A DNA stretch of 64,000 nt from Eubacteriales bacterium (GCA_045651985.1 JAZRTK010000016.1:341-64340); one strand, 5' to 3'. Counted from the stretch's first letter, positions 9,317 to 19,444 are shown. Program-made: numbers and translations. The notes: a model not told the origin generated them from the letters alone.

Positions 9317-10354
9317 GCCGTTCTCTGCCTTTTGAGTCTTATTTTGACGGTCCATTTCAAAGAGAGTCTGCGCGGAAGCCATACCGCCGTTGTTCATAGC
9401 CATTCCCATGCCCATAAAGCCTGTCATGGCGCCCGCGTCGTTCTTTGCCGCCTCGGTCATAGCCTCAGCCTGAGCGCCCACAAGCGTTGCCGCCGCCATA
9501 CCGGGATCGCGGTTGACAGCCTTTCTTTGAATGCTCTGAATGATCTCCAGATCGTCGTCGGGAATAGTGGGAGGATTGAGGGCGATAGACACAACCTCGA
9601 TACCTCTCAGCTCTGCCCATTTTTTTGCCAGTGCCTCGTTTACCGCGTCCTTTAATTCTACTGTGTGTCCGGGAAGGGCGCTGGGACGGATCTCAAGAGC
9701 GGAAAGCTTTGAAAAGGAGGGCTGGAGAGCGTCAACGAACTCGACCTTAAGCTGAGTTTCGATCTCGCTCTTTCTGTATTCCTCGGTCACGTTTCCGCAG
9801 ACGTTGGTATAGAAAAGAATGGGGTCTGAAATTTTGTAAGAATAGATGCCGTTGCAGCGCACCGCCGTGTCAAGGTCAAGACCGATATTGCGGTCTACTG
9901 CGCGGAAGGGAATGGGATTTTGCGTGCCGAACTTGTTATCAACTATTTCTTTCGTGTTGAAATAGTAGACTCTCTGATCTACGCCCGCGTCGCCGCCCAT
10001 AGCAAACCTGCGTCCGATAGTCTTGAATGTGTCAAGGATAGACTGCCCCAGACTGCCTGCGAAAATAGTGGGAGCTATGGTATTGTCATATGTAAACAGA
10101 CCGGGCTCGGCGCACACCTCAACCACCTTGCCTTGTTCTACTATTATCATGCATTGACCGTCGGCAACGGAGATGCCCGAGCCGTTTGAGATAACGTTGT
10201 CGTTGCCCTTTGTGTTTGACGATTTTCCACCTACGCTTTTCTGACCTCTTACGACCAGTGTGTCGGCGGGGATAGCGTCACAATAAAAATATTCCTTCCA
10301 CTGGTCGGCGAGAGTCGTACCGACAGCGGAAATGCCTGCCTTGATGAGTCCCAT
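9098..10354 (-). CDS. SPFH/Band-7-like protein with three C-terminal zinc ribbons (YdjI / COG4260-like)
   Basis: N-terminus MGLIKAGISAVGTTLADQWKEYFYCD is typical of YdjI-like SPFH proteins. The C-terminus carries 3 x (GWxCxCGxxNxGKFCxxCGxxKP). Confidence 0.75.
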   Translation of the reverse strand: MGLIKAGISAVGTTLADQWKEYFYCDAIPADTLVVRGQKSVGGKSSNTKGNDNVISNGSGISVADGQCMIIVEQGKVVEVCAEPGLFTYDNTIAPTIFAGSLGQSILDTFKTIGRRFAMGGDAGVDQRVYYFNTKEIVDNKFGTQNPIPFRAVDRNIGLDLDTAVRCNGIYSYKISDPILFYTNVCGNVTEEYRKSEIETQLKVEFVDALQPSFSKLSALEIRPSALPGHTVELKDAVNEALAKKWAELRGIEVVSIALNPPTIPDDDLEIIQSIQRKAVNRDPGMAAATLVGAQAEAMTEAAKNDAGAMTGFMGMGMAMNNGGMASAQTLFEMDRQNKTQKAENGWKCDCGAANTGKFCTECGAKKPEAGWTCTCGKVNEGKFCSECGARKPESGWTCACGTVNEGKFCTNCGSKRP

Positions 10355-10421
10355 AATATGATTCCTTTCGTCAAATTTATTATCTTTTCAAAGTGAGGGA
10401 AAAAGGTGTTCCCTGTAAAAT

Positions 10422-10450
10422 ATTTTACATTAAATCTTCGCCAAAATCAA
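10422..10450 (-). promoter_or_regulatory. Putative sigma-A promoter of the SPFH operon
   Basis: On the minus strand: TTGATT, 17 nt, TAAAAT. The -10 lies inside the 16-bp perfect palindrome TGTAAAATATTTTACA (10414-10429). Confidence 0.4.
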
Positions 10451-10491
10451 TAGGAAATCTCTGATTTTGATTGAAATTTTGCGGAAAATAC

Positions 10492-10520
10492 TTTACAAAT
10501 AACTATAAATAAAGTATAAT
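10492..10520 (+). promoter_or_regulatory. Putative sigma-A promoter of the nudF-miaB... operon
   Basis: TTTACA, 17 nt, TATAAT. Confidence 0.5.
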
Positions 10521-10553
10521 ATATAATGCATTATTATGCGGAGGTGTGTCAAA

Positions 10554-11108
10554 ATGGAACTGACCGAGAAAAAAATAAGCTCCGAGAAGATATTTGACGG
10601 AAAAGTGCTCCACGTTGCCGTCGACCGTGTTGTGCTTCCAAACGGAGAAGAGGGAATACGTGAGATCGTGCTTCACCGAGGTGCGGTGGCGGTCATTCCC
10701 GTGACTGACAAGGAAGAGGTTGTGTGCGTTCGTCAGTTCAGATACGTTCACGGTCAGGTGCTCCTTGAGATTCCTGCGGGGAAATTGGAGGAGTTTGATA
10801 CCGACGTGCGGCAGGCGGCTCTGCGCGAGCTTGAGGAGGAGATAGGGGCACAGTGCCAGACCCTCACCGAAATGGGCGTTCTTTACCCTACACCTGCTAT
10901 TTGCTCCGAAAAGATACACCTTTTCATGGCAACAGGACTTAAATTCGGCGAAACTCACCCCGATGACGACGAATTCCTTGAAATTGAGCGTATTCCCTTA
11001 AAAACGCTTGTCCAAATGGTAATGCGGGGCGAGGTGCCCGATTCAAAGACCCAAACGTGCGTTCTGCGCGCGTGGCTGACCCTGCACCACGAGGGACTTG
11101 AGGGCTGA
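10554..11108 (+). CDS. nudF: NUDIX hydrolase, ADP-ribose pyrophosphatase type
   Basis: Nudix box (GKLEEFDTDVRQAALRELEEEIG). ATG 10554 lies 7 nt after GGAGGTG. Confidence 0.8.
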   Translation: MELTEKKISSEKIFDGKVLHVAVDRVVLPNGEEGIREIVLHRGAVAVIPVTDKEEVVCVRQFRYVHGQVLLEIPAGKLEEFDTDVRQAALRELEEEIGAQCQTLTEMGVLYPTPAICSEKIHLFMATGLKFGETHPDDDEFLEIERIPLKTLVQMVMRGEVPDSKTQTCVLRAWLTLHHEGLEG

Positions 11109-11130
11109 AATAAAAAGAGAACGAGATAAT

Positions 11131-12546
11131 ATGACGCAAGAAAGAAAAAACAGGATACTCTCACAAGATGATATGGGAGAGTGCAGAGAATATACTGAAA
11201 AAATGCGGCGGCTAAACGCGGGCAAGGGCAAAAAGGTCTTTGTTCTGACTTTTGGCTGCCAGCAAAACGAGGCGGACAGCGAAAAGCTGGCGGGAATGTC
11301 GATAGACATGGGTTACACGGTCACAAAAGGCCCCTGTGAAGCCGATTTAATACTTGTCAATACCTGCGCGATCCGCGAACACGCCGAGAAAAAGGCGTTG
11401 TCCATTATTGGACAGTATAAGCACATAAAGGCAAAGAAGCCCGAGACCATGATAGCCGTCTGCGGCTGCATGGTGGTGCAAGAGCACAGGGCGGAGGAGA
11501 TAAAATTCAGATACCCTTACGTTGACTTTATCTTCGGAACGTCCAGCATTCACCGTTTTCCCAAATTGCTCTACGACAAGACAACAAAGGGCAAGCGCCT
11601 GTACTGCCTTCAGGAAAACGAATTCTGCGTTGCCGAGGGCTTGAGGATCGAGCGCCAGAGCAATTATCGAGCGTGGGTCAGCATTATGTACGGCTGCAAC
11701 AATTTCTGCTCCTACTGCATTGTTCCTTACGTCCGCGGACGTGAGCGAAGTCGGGAAATGAAGGAAATAGTCGCCGAGGTGTGCGACCTTGCCGCTCGCG
11801 GCTACAAAGATATAACGCTTCTTGGACAGAACGTAAATTCCTATGCCAAGGACAGTGAATTTGATTACGATTTTGCGGACCTTATGGCGGAGCTTTCCAA
11901 GATCGAAGGGGATTTTCTCCTGCGATTTATGACCAGCCACCCCAAGGACGCTTCGAAAAAGCTTATTGACACAATTGCGCAAAATCCCAAGATCGCCCGT
12001 CATTTCCACTTGCCAATGCAGTCGGGAAGCGACGAAATTCTCGCCAAAATGAACCGCCGTTACGACACCGCAAAGTATCTTCAAACGGTGGATTATCTGC
12101 GAGAGAAGATTCCCGATATTACAATAACCACCGATATTATCGTTGGCTTTCCAGGGGAAAGCGAGGAGGATTTTGAGGGGACTCTCAATATGCTCCGACG
12201 CGTGAAATTTGACATGATATATTCATTTATCTACTCGCCGAGAAAGGGGACGCCCGCGGCTGAAATGGAATGTCAGATTCCGGATGGCGTAAAAAGCGAG
12301 CGATTCAATCGCCTGCTTGCTACCCAGAACGAGATAGCCTTTGAACTTAACCAAAAAGAGGTGGGAAAAACTCTCAGAGTTTTGTGTGACGGCATAAGCA
12401 AGAATAATGAAAAGGTATATTCGGGACGCACGGAAGGAAACAAGATAGTTTTCTTTGACGGAGTACCCGAGGATACGGGAAAATATCTCGATATCAAAAT
12501 AGACAGGGCCGAGGCGTTTGCGCTTTACGGCGAAAAAGTGAACTAA
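11131..12546 (+). CDS. miaB: tRNA-2-methylthio-N6-dimethylallyladenosine synthase MiaB
   Basis: UPF0004 N-domain (TFGCQQNEADSE), radical SAM motif CNNFCSYC and a TRAM C-terminus. Confidence 0.9.
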   Translation: MTQERKNRILSQDDMGECREYTEKMRRLNAGKGKKVFVLTFGCQQNEADSEKLAGMSIDMGYTVTKGPCEADLILVNTCAIREHAEKKALSIIGQYKHIKAKKPETMIAVCGCMVVQEHRAEEIKFRYPYVDFIFGTSSIHRFPKLLYDKTTKGKRLYCLQENEFCVAEGLRIERQSNYRAWVSIMYGCNNFCSYCIVPYVRGRERSREMKEIVAEVCDLAARGYKDITLLGQNVNSYAKDSEFDYDFADLMAELSKIEGDFLLRFMTSHPKDASKKLIDTIAQNPKIARHFHLPMQSGSDEILAKMNRRYDTAKYLQTVDYLREKIPDITITTDIIVGFPGESEEDFEGTLNMLRRVKFDMIYSFIYSPRKGTPAAEMECQIPDGVKSERFNRLLATQNEIAFELNQKEVGKTLRVLCDGISKNNEKVYSGRTEGNKIVFFDGVPEDTGKYLDIKIDRAEAFALYGEKVN

Positions 12547-12562
12547 AAGGAGAACGAAAACA

Positions 12563-12964
12563 ATGGAAAACAGAATCATGGAGCTTGCCGCAGAGCTGGG
12601 CAAGGCGATAAAAGAAGACGAGCGAGTAAAGGCTCTTGATGCGGCGAAAAAGGCTTACGACGAGGACAAGAACTTAACGCGTTACGTTATCGAATACAAC
12701 GTTCAGCAAAAGGCCATGGCAAACGAGTTCGAGAAGGGCGACGACCGTGACGATGTTATGCTGAAACAGATCCAGAACAGAATAGACGAGCTTTACACCC
12801 TGATCGTGGAGAACGAGGCTTTCGTCGCAATGAACGCGGCGCAGGAGGCTGTAAATAACTTCATGAACGAAGTCAACGGCATAATCACTCTCAATATTAC
12901 GGGTGAGATGCCCTGTACACACGATTGCAGCACCTGCCACTCCGATTGCGCTTCAAAGAAGTAA
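12563..12964 (+). CDS. YlbF/YmcA-family protein with a Cys-rich tail
   Basis: Com_YlbF-like helical N-part and a conserved position between miaB and mutS. The C-terminus reads CTHDCSTCHSDC. Confidence 0.65.
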   Translation: MENRIMELAAELGKAIKEDERVKALDAAKKAYDEDKNLTRYVIEYNVQQKAMANEFEKGDDRDDVMLKQIQNRIDELYTLIVENEAFVAMNAAQEAVNNFMNEVNGIITLNITGEMPCTHDCSTCHSDCASKK

Positions 12965-12995
12965 TTTTCAAATCTGAAATACGAGGTAAAACGCC

Positions 12996-15587
12996 ATGAC
13001 TCCAATGATGGAGCAATATTTTCTGATAAAAAATCAGTATAAGGATTTCCTGCTCTTTTACCGCGTGGGAGATTTTTACGAGATGTTCTATGACGACGCA
13101 AAGGCGGCGTCGGCGGCAATCGACCTTACCCTCACAGGCAAGGACTGCGGCGAGCCCGAGCGCGCGCCTATGTGCGGAGTTCCGTTCCACGCGGCAGACA
13201 CATATATAGCAAAGCTGATAGCAAAGGGCTTCAAGGTGGCTATCTGTGAGCAGGTGGAGGATCCTGCCACAGCCAAGGGGCTTGTGCGCCGCGAGGTGAT
13301 TCGCGTGGTCACCCCGGGAACGCTTTTGGAATCAAGCATGCTTTCCGAGGGCGACAACAACTACCTGTGCGCTATCTACGTGGGAGAATTTGAGTGCGGC
13401 GTTAGCTTTGCAGACGTGTCAACGGGTGCAATTTCCGCAACCACTTTGGACGGAGCAGATATGATAAAGAAGCTCACAAATGAGCTCGGAACTTACTTGC
13501 CAAGCGAGATAATCGTAAATATCCCTCTGTCTGCCGAGCCTGAGCTTGAGCAGTTCATTTCCGCGCGTATGGATACCTCGGTGACAGGCAATCATCCCGA
13601 CTGGTTTGAGTATAAGACCAGCCGCGCGTTGATCGAGGCACAGTTTGCCGACACTATCCGCGAGGACGTAACTTCCCGAAACGCTGTGGTCTGCTCGGTG
13701 GGCGGTCTTCTGACTTACGTAAACAACACCCAAAAGGGTGATATTTCCTATATCAAGGAACTGAGAATTTACAGCGAGGGACAGTATCTTGAAATGGATA
13801 CGAATACCCGCCGAAACCTTGAAATTACCGAGACCATGCGCTCAAAAGAGAAGAAGGGCTCTTTGCTCTGGGTACTTGACAAGACCCGCACGGCGGCAGG
13901 CGCAAGAATGCTCCGCTCTTGGGTAGAGCATCCTCTGCTTCGCGTCAGCAGTATAACCGAACGTCAGAGCGCGGTCCGCGAGCTTTACGACAACTTTATT
14001 TTGCGAGAGGAGCTTGGTGAGCTTCTTTCAAACGTGCTCGACCTTGAAAGACTCATTTCCCGTATCGTATACGGCTCTGCCACCGCCAAGGATTTGCGCG
14101 CTGTTGCAAATACCGCAACGGTTATCCCCGAAATAAAGGGACAGCTTGCAAACTGCGAGAGCAGTGAGCTTCACCGAATATACCGCAAGCTTGACGAGCT
14201 TGAGGATATTTGTTCGCTTATCAACGCGTCGATAGTTGAAGACCCGCCCTTTACCGTTCGCGACGGCGGAATGATTGCCGACGGCTACAACGCCGACGTA
14301 GATCAGCTCCGTTCCATACGCGATAACGGCAAGAGCTGGATAGAAAAGATCGAGGCGGACGAAAAGGAAGCCACGGGAATAAAGACATTAAAGGTCCGTT
14401 ACAACAAGGTGTTTGGATACTATATCGAGGTGTCCCGATCCTTCCTTTCAATGGTTCCCGATCGCTACATAAGAAAACAGACATTAGTCAACTGCGAGCG
14501 ATATATTACACAGGACTTAAAGGACAAGGAAGCCACGATCCTCGGCGCAGCCGATAAGCTCTGCTCCCTTGAATACGAGCTTTTCCAGCAGGTGAGAACT
14601 GCGGTTGCCGCTTGCAGTACGCGTATTCAGGAAACGGCGGCGCTATTGGCCGAGCTTGACGTTTACCGCTCCCTTGCCACCGTCGCCTCTCGCAACAAGT
14701 ACGTTTGCCCCGAGGTTAATGGCGGCAGCCGCATCTATATCAAGGACGGTCGGCACCCTGTGGTCGAGCAGTTCACCCGCGACACGTATTTTGTGCCAAA
14801 CGACGTGGATATCGACTCTGCTTCCGACCGACTGATGCTTATAACGGGTCCCAACATGGCGGGTAAGTCCACCTATATGAGACAGGTGGCTCTTATCACA
14901 GTTATGGCGCAGATAGGCTCCTTTGTTCCCGCATCCGATGCAGAGATCGGCATCGTTGACAAGGTATTTACACGCGTTGGTGCGTCGGACGATCTGGCAT
15001 CCGGTCAGTCCACCTTCATGCTTGAAATGAACGAGGTGGCGTACATTTTAAAGAACGCCACGAAAAAATCTCTTATCGTTTACGATGAGATCGGACGAGG
15101 TACCAGCACCTTTGATGGCATGAGCATTGCCCGCGCTATCGCGGAGTTTACAAACAGCTCAAAGATCGGCGCAAAGACCCTCTTTGCAACCCACTATCAC
15201 GAGCTCACCAGCCTTGAAGACGAGTTTGACGGCATTGTAAACTATAACATCGCCGCAAAGAAGCGCGGAGACAATATTACCTTTCTGCGCAAAATAGTCC
15301 GCGGCTCCACCGACGACAGTTACGGTATCGAGGTGGCAAAGCTCGCGGGGGTACCCGGCGAGGTGGTAAAGCGCGCAAAGCAGATACTTGCCACTATTGA
15401 AAGCGGCTCCAATATCGTGACATCCCGCGCCGAGCGCACGGTCGATGCCGAGGACGACAGTCTCATCAGCATTGACGACACGTTGCGCGAACAGGCTATG
15501 GAGGAGCTGAAAAACATTGACCTGAACATGATATCACCCTATGAAGCTATGCAGCTTCTTTACGAAATTCAGAAGAAACTGAAATAA
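12996..15587 (+). CDS. mutS: DNA mismatch repair protein MutS
   Basis: TPMMEQY...GDFYE N-terminus and Walker A GPNMAGKST. Confidence 0.97.
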   Translation: MTPMMEQYFLIKNQYKDFLLFYRVGDFYEMFYDDAKAASAAIDLTLTGKDCGEPERAPMCGVPFHAADTYIAKLIAKGFKVAICEQVEDPATAKGLVRREVIRVVTPGTLLESSMLSEGDNNYLCAIYVGEFECGVSFADVSTGAISATTLDGADMIKKLTNELGTYLPSEIIVNIPLSAEPELEQFISARMDTSVTGNHPDWFEYKTSRALIEAQFADTIREDVTSRNAVVCSVGGLLTYVNNTQKGDISYIKELRIYSEGQYLEMDTNTRRNLEITETMRSKEKKGSLLWVLDKTRTAAGARMLRSWVEHPLLRVSSITERQSAVRELYDNFILREELGELLSNVLDLERLISRIVYGSATAKDLRAVANTATVIPEIKGQLANCESSELHRIYRKLDELEDICSLINASIVEDPPFTVRDGGMIADGYNADVDQLRSIRDNGKSWIEKIEADEKEATGIKTLKVRYNKVFGYYIEVSRSFLSMVPDRYIRKQTLVNCERYITQDLKDKEATILGAADKLCSLEYELFQQVRTAVAACSTRIQETAALLAELDVYRSLATVASRNKYVCPEVNGGSRIYIKDGRHPVVEQFTRDTYFVPNDVDIDSASDRLMLITGPNMAGKSTYMRQVALITVMAQIGSFVPASDAEIGIVDKVFTRVGASDDLASGQSTFMLEMNEVAYILKNATKKSLIVYDEIGRGTSTFDGMSIARAIAEFTNSSKIGAKTLFATHYHELTSLEDEFDGIVNYNIAAKKRGDNITFLRKIVRGSTDDSYGIEVAKLAGVPGEVVKRAKQILATIESGSNIVTSRAERTVDAEDDSLISIDDTLREQAMEELKNIDLNMISPYEAMQLLYEIQKKLK

Positions 15588-15620
15588 AGTAAAAGAAAGG
15601 AAGCCAAACGGGCAAATAAT

Positions 15621-17591
15621 ATGGGAAAGATAAACGTTCTCAGCTTCGCTGTGGCTAACCTTATAGCCGCAGGCGAAGTGGTTGACAGACCCGCTTCCGT
15701 TGTCAAGGAGCTCCTTGAAAACGCCATTGACGCAGGTGCGGACAGAATTACCGTTGAGATACAGAACGGCGGTATATCATATATGCGCGTAACCGACAAC
15801 GGCTGCGGTATCTCAAAAGAGGACCTGCCCGTGGCACTGAGGCGCCACGCGACAAGTAAGATAAAGGACGCAGAGGATCTGGAGGCGATCATTTCGCTGG
15901 GATTTCGAGGTGAAGCTCTTGCGGCTATCTCCTCGGTGGCAAACGTCCGAATCATATCTAAAACAAGGGACAGCGAGCTTGGTGCGGCGCTGGAGGCTCA
16001 CGGCGGGGTTGTGGTGGGCATAACCGAGCGCGCATGCTCCGAGGGAACCAGCGTTATCGTTGAAGATCTTTTCTACAACGTGCCCGCACGCCGCAAGTTC
16101 TTAAAAAAGAACATAACCGAGGCTATGGCAGTGGTAAGCTGTGTTGAGCGCGTGTCATTGTCCCACCCCGAAATTGCGTTCCGACTTATATCGGATGGCA
16201 ATATTAAGCTGGAGACCATGGGCGACGGCAAGCTCCATTCGGCAATTTACTCTGTGTTCGGTCGTGATTTTGCAACTCGGCTGATCCCCGTGCAGGGCAG
16301 CTCCGAGGGAATTGAGATAACGGGCTATATTGGCCGCTCGGACAACGTAAAGGCAAACCGAAATTTCCAGAATTTCTTTATCAACGGCAGATACGTAAAG
16401 AGCAAGACTGCAATGGCTGCCATTGAACAGGCGTTTTCTTCTTACATACCCACCGAAAAGTTCCCATGCTGCGTTCTTTTCGTAAAAATTGACCCGCGTT
16501 GCGTGGACGTAAACGTTCACCCCTCGAAGCTTGAGATAAAATTCTCAAACGAAAAGACTGTATTTGAGGCGGTCTACTATTCGGTGCGAAACGCGCTTGA
16601 AAAGAACACCACTCGCCCCGAGGTGCGCCTTGAAAACGGAAGAATTTCGGCGCAGGACTACCGAAATATGGCGGGCTCGGAGCAAAAAAAGCCAAGTGTC
16701 CTCAACGCTTTTGCGCCAATACCCGATAAATCGGTTAAGCTTGAGCAGATAAAGATGTCAACGCCTGTGATACAAAAAACCACTATCACGGCAACACCAT
16801 CGTGGCAAAATACCGTTCCGACTCCTAAGCTTGACGAGACGGTAAAGGAAAACGTGGCTGAAAAATTCTCTTTCGGCTCACCCAAAATTGATTTTACTCC
16901 AAAGTCCCTCGACCTTCCTCTCGCGGAAGAGAAAAAGCCCATTGAGCACGTTAAGGTTGAAACTCCCGTGCCTACTCCCGTTTCTCAAAAGGAAGAGCCT
17001 GTTCGTGAAATTCCGCCTTACAAAATAGTGGGCGAGGCGTTCAACTCTTACGTTTTCATTGATTTGGGCGAAAAAATGCTGGTGGTGGACAAGCACGCCG
17101 CCCACGAGCGCATAATATTTGAGCAGTTCAAAAATATCATGGCGAAGGGTGAACGAGCGTCCCAGATGCTGATGATTCCTGTGAGGGTAAGCTTTACCCG
17201 CGAGGAGATTGCAGCACTTGAGGATTACCGCGCAGAAATTGAATCGGCGGGCTTCACCTTTGACACGGAGGAAACTGCGGTAAATGTCCAGTCCTTTCCC
17301 GTAGGTATCGAGGCGTCGGCGATAACCGACATCTTCGGCGAATTTGCCACGGGACTTCTTACCGATAGCGCAAGTGTCAATATAACGCGCCAATTCGCTT
17401 TTGAAAAGGCGCTGTACCAAGCCTCATGCAAGGCGGCGATAAAGGCGGGGAAGCAGTACCCCGAGGAGCATATCAAGTGGCTTTGTCAAAAGCTCATGGA
17501 GCTACCCGACATCACATTCTGCCCTCACGGACGCCCCGTTGCCATTGAAATGACAAAAACCATGCTTGACCGTCAGTTCGAGCGACTTTAA
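15621..17591 (+). CDS. mutL: DNA mismatch repair protein MutL
   Basis: GHKL ATPase motifs (IAAGEVVDRPASVVKELLENAIDAG, DNGCGI) and a C-terminal dimerisation domain. Confidence 0.97.
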   Translation: MGKINVLSFAVANLIAAGEVVDRPASVVKELLENAIDAGADRITVEIQNGGISYMRVTDNGCGISKEDLPVALRRHATSKIKDAEDLEAIISLGFRGEALAAISSVANVRIISKTRDSELGAALEAHGGVVVGITERACSEGTSVIVEDLFYNVPARRKFLKKNITEAMAVVSCVERVSLSHPEIAFRLISDGNIKLETMGDGKLHSAIYSVFGRDFATRLIPVQGSSEGIEITGYIGRSDNVKANRNFQNFFINGRYVKSKTAMAAIEQAFSSYIPTEKFPCCVLFVKIDPRCVDVNVHPSKLEIKFSNEKTVFEAVYYSVRNALEKNTTRPEVRLENGRISAQDYRNMAGSEQKKPSVLNAFAPIPDKSVKLEQIKMSTPVIQKTTITATPSWQNTVPTPKLDETVKENVAEKFSFGSPKIDFTPKSLDLPLAEEKKPIEHVKVETPVPTPVSQKEEPVREIPPYKIVGEAFNSYVFIDLGEKMLVVDKHAAHERIIFEQFKNIMAKGERASQMLMIPVRVSFTREEIAALEDYRAEIESAGFTFDTEETAVNVQSFPVGIEASAITDIFGEFATGLLTDSASVNITRQFAFEKALYQASCKAAIKAGKQYPEEHIKWLCQKLMELPDITFCPHGRPVAIEMTKTMLDRQFERL

Positions 17592-17630
17592 ATTGAAAGG
17601 GATCCTTGCTTTTGCAAGGAATTTACAGAT

Positions 17631-18767
17631 ATGTTTGATTTGATAAAGACCGAAGGCAGAGCAAGACGCGGTTGCCTTCATACCGTTCACGGTGACATTC
17701 AGACCCCCGTTTTTATGAACGTAGGCACCTGCGCCGCAATTAAGGGTGGAGTTTCCACTATGGACCTGATCGACCTTAACTGCCAGGTGGAGCTTTCCAA
17801 CACTTACCACCTGCACCTGCGCCCCGGCGACACACTTATCCGCGACATGGGCGGTATCCACAAGTTTTTCAATTGGAATAAGCCTGTTCTCACCGACAGC
17901 GGCGGATTTCAGGTGTTTTCACTTTCCCAGCTTCGCAAGATCACCGAGGAGGGTGTAAGATTCGCTTCTCACATTGACGGTAAGCGCATTTTCATGGGTC
18001 CCGAGGAGAGTATGCAGATACAGTCTAATTTGGCGTCCACCATCGCCATGGCGTTTGACGAGTGCATCGAAAATCCCGCCCCATATGATTACGTTAAAAA
18101 TTCTTGTGCACGCACGGCGCGCTGGCTCATTCGTTGCAAGAACGAAATGGACCGCCTCAACTCTCTGCCCGAAACTATAAATAAAAATCAGATGCTTTTC
18201 GGCATCAACCAGGGCGGTGTTTACGAGGATTTGCGTATAGAGCACATGCACACTATCGCCGAGCTTGACCTTGACGGCTATGCTATCGGCGGTCTGGCTG
18301 TGGGCGAGGAGACCGAGGATATGTACCGCATAATCGACGCGGTGGAGCCTCATATGCCAAAGAACAAGCCCAGATATTTAATGGGCGTAGGTACTCCTTG
18401 CAATATTTTGGAGGCTGTTCACATGGGCGTTGACTTCTTTGACTGCGTAATGCCCAGCCGTAATGCACGACATGGAAACCTGTTCACCTGGCACGGCAAA
18501 ATGAACCTGTGCAACGAAAAGTACGCCCGCGACCCCCGTCCCTTTGACGAGAACTGCGGCTGTCCCGCATGCCGTAATTACAGCCGTTCTTACGTGCGCC
18601 ACTTGATCAAGGCAAAGGAATCCCTCGGTATGAGACTTGCTGTTATGCACAACCTTTACTTCTACAACGAGCTGACCCAAAAGATCCGCGACGCACTTGA
18701 CGGCGGATATTTTGAAAGCTTCTATCAGAAGTACAGAGCGATTTTGGGCGAACGCTCGGAAAGCTGA
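17631..18767 (+). CDS. tgt: Queuine tRNA-ribosyltransferase
   Basis: TPVFMNVGT and DSGGFQV motifs, and a C-terminal zinc site CGCPAC...H. Confidence 0.95.
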   Translation: MFDLIKTEGRARRGCLHTVHGDIQTPVFMNVGTCAAIKGGVSTMDLIDLNCQVELSNTYHLHLRPGDTLIRDMGGIHKFFNWNKPVLTDSGGFQVFSLSQLRKITEEGVRFASHIDGKRIFMGPEESMQIQSNLASTIAMAFDECIENPAPYDYVKNSCARTARWLIRCKNEMDRLNSLPETINKNQMLFGINQGGVYEDLRIEHMHTIAELDLDGYAIGGLAVGEETEDMYRIIDAVEPHMPKNKPRYLMGVGTPCNILEAVHMGVDFFDCVMPSRNARHGNLFTWHGKMNLCNEKYARDPRPFDENCGCPACRNYSRSYVRHLIKAKESLGMRLAVMHNLYFYNELTQKIRDALDGGYFESFYQKYRAILGERSES

Positions 18768-19444
18768 TGAAAAACAAAAATCTTTATATAATCCTGTGGG
18801 TTGCCGTTCTCAGTATCGTGATGAATCTGGTGGACGGCGTGCTGACGCCGCCCTATGTGGTGAAATCTGCCGTAAAGCTTCTTCTTTTTGCAGGTGTTCC
18901 GCTTATCTATTATTTAACGGATCCCGAAGAAAGAAAGGCGCTGAAAAGGCTTCTTACACTGGACAAAAAGGGCATTGTGCTCTCGATCCCATTGGGGGCA
19001 GGGTGCTTTGCGGTGATACTTGGCGCATTCTTTCTTTTGCGCGGAGTAGTTGACTTTTCGGGTATTACCCAAAGCCTCACGGGTGATAGCGGAATAACGG
19101 CGGAGAATTTCATCTTCGTTGCCCTTTACATTTCCTTTGTCAACTCATTTCTTGAAGAATTTTTCTTCCGCGGGTTTGCGTTTGTCACACTGAAAAGACA
19201 CGCATCGATAAAGACTTCTTACCTTGTGAGCGCGTTCTTTTTCGCCTTCTATCACGTGGGAATGACCTTGACGTGGCTCCCGTTTCCCGTCTTTTTGGCG
19301 GAGCTTCTGGGGCTGACGGTAGGAGGATTTATTTTCAACCGCTTGTGCGAGAAGACTGAGACTGTGTACCCGTCGTATATAGTACATATGTGCTGTAATT
19401 TCGGCATAAATCTTATTGGATTTATTTTGTTTGGAGTAATATAA
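18767..19444 (+). CDS. CPBP-family intramembrane glutamic endopeptidase (CAAX/Abi type)
   Basis: EEFFFRGF, FYH and HMCCN motifs, multi-TM. Its ATG overlaps the tgt stop. Confidence 0.85.
   Translation: MKNKNLYIILWVAVLSIVMNLVDGVLTPPYVVKSAVKLLLFAGVPLIYYLTDPEERKALKRLLTLDKKGIVLSIPLGAGCFAVILGAFFLLRGVVDFSGITQSLTGDSGITAENFIFVALYISFVNSFLEEFFFRGFAFVTLKRHASIKTSYLVSAFFFAFYHVGMTLTWLPFPVFLAELLGLTVGGFIFNRLCEKTETVYPSYIVHMCCNFGINLIGFILFGVI

Noticed and set aside
9054-9335. Repeat array that might look like a CRISPR or an independent repetitive ORF (93 aa, plus strand)
   Set aside because: The repeats are contiguous with no spacers and are in frame with the SPFH gene on the other strand, where they encode zinc ribbons. 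The plus-strand ORF is their mirror image.
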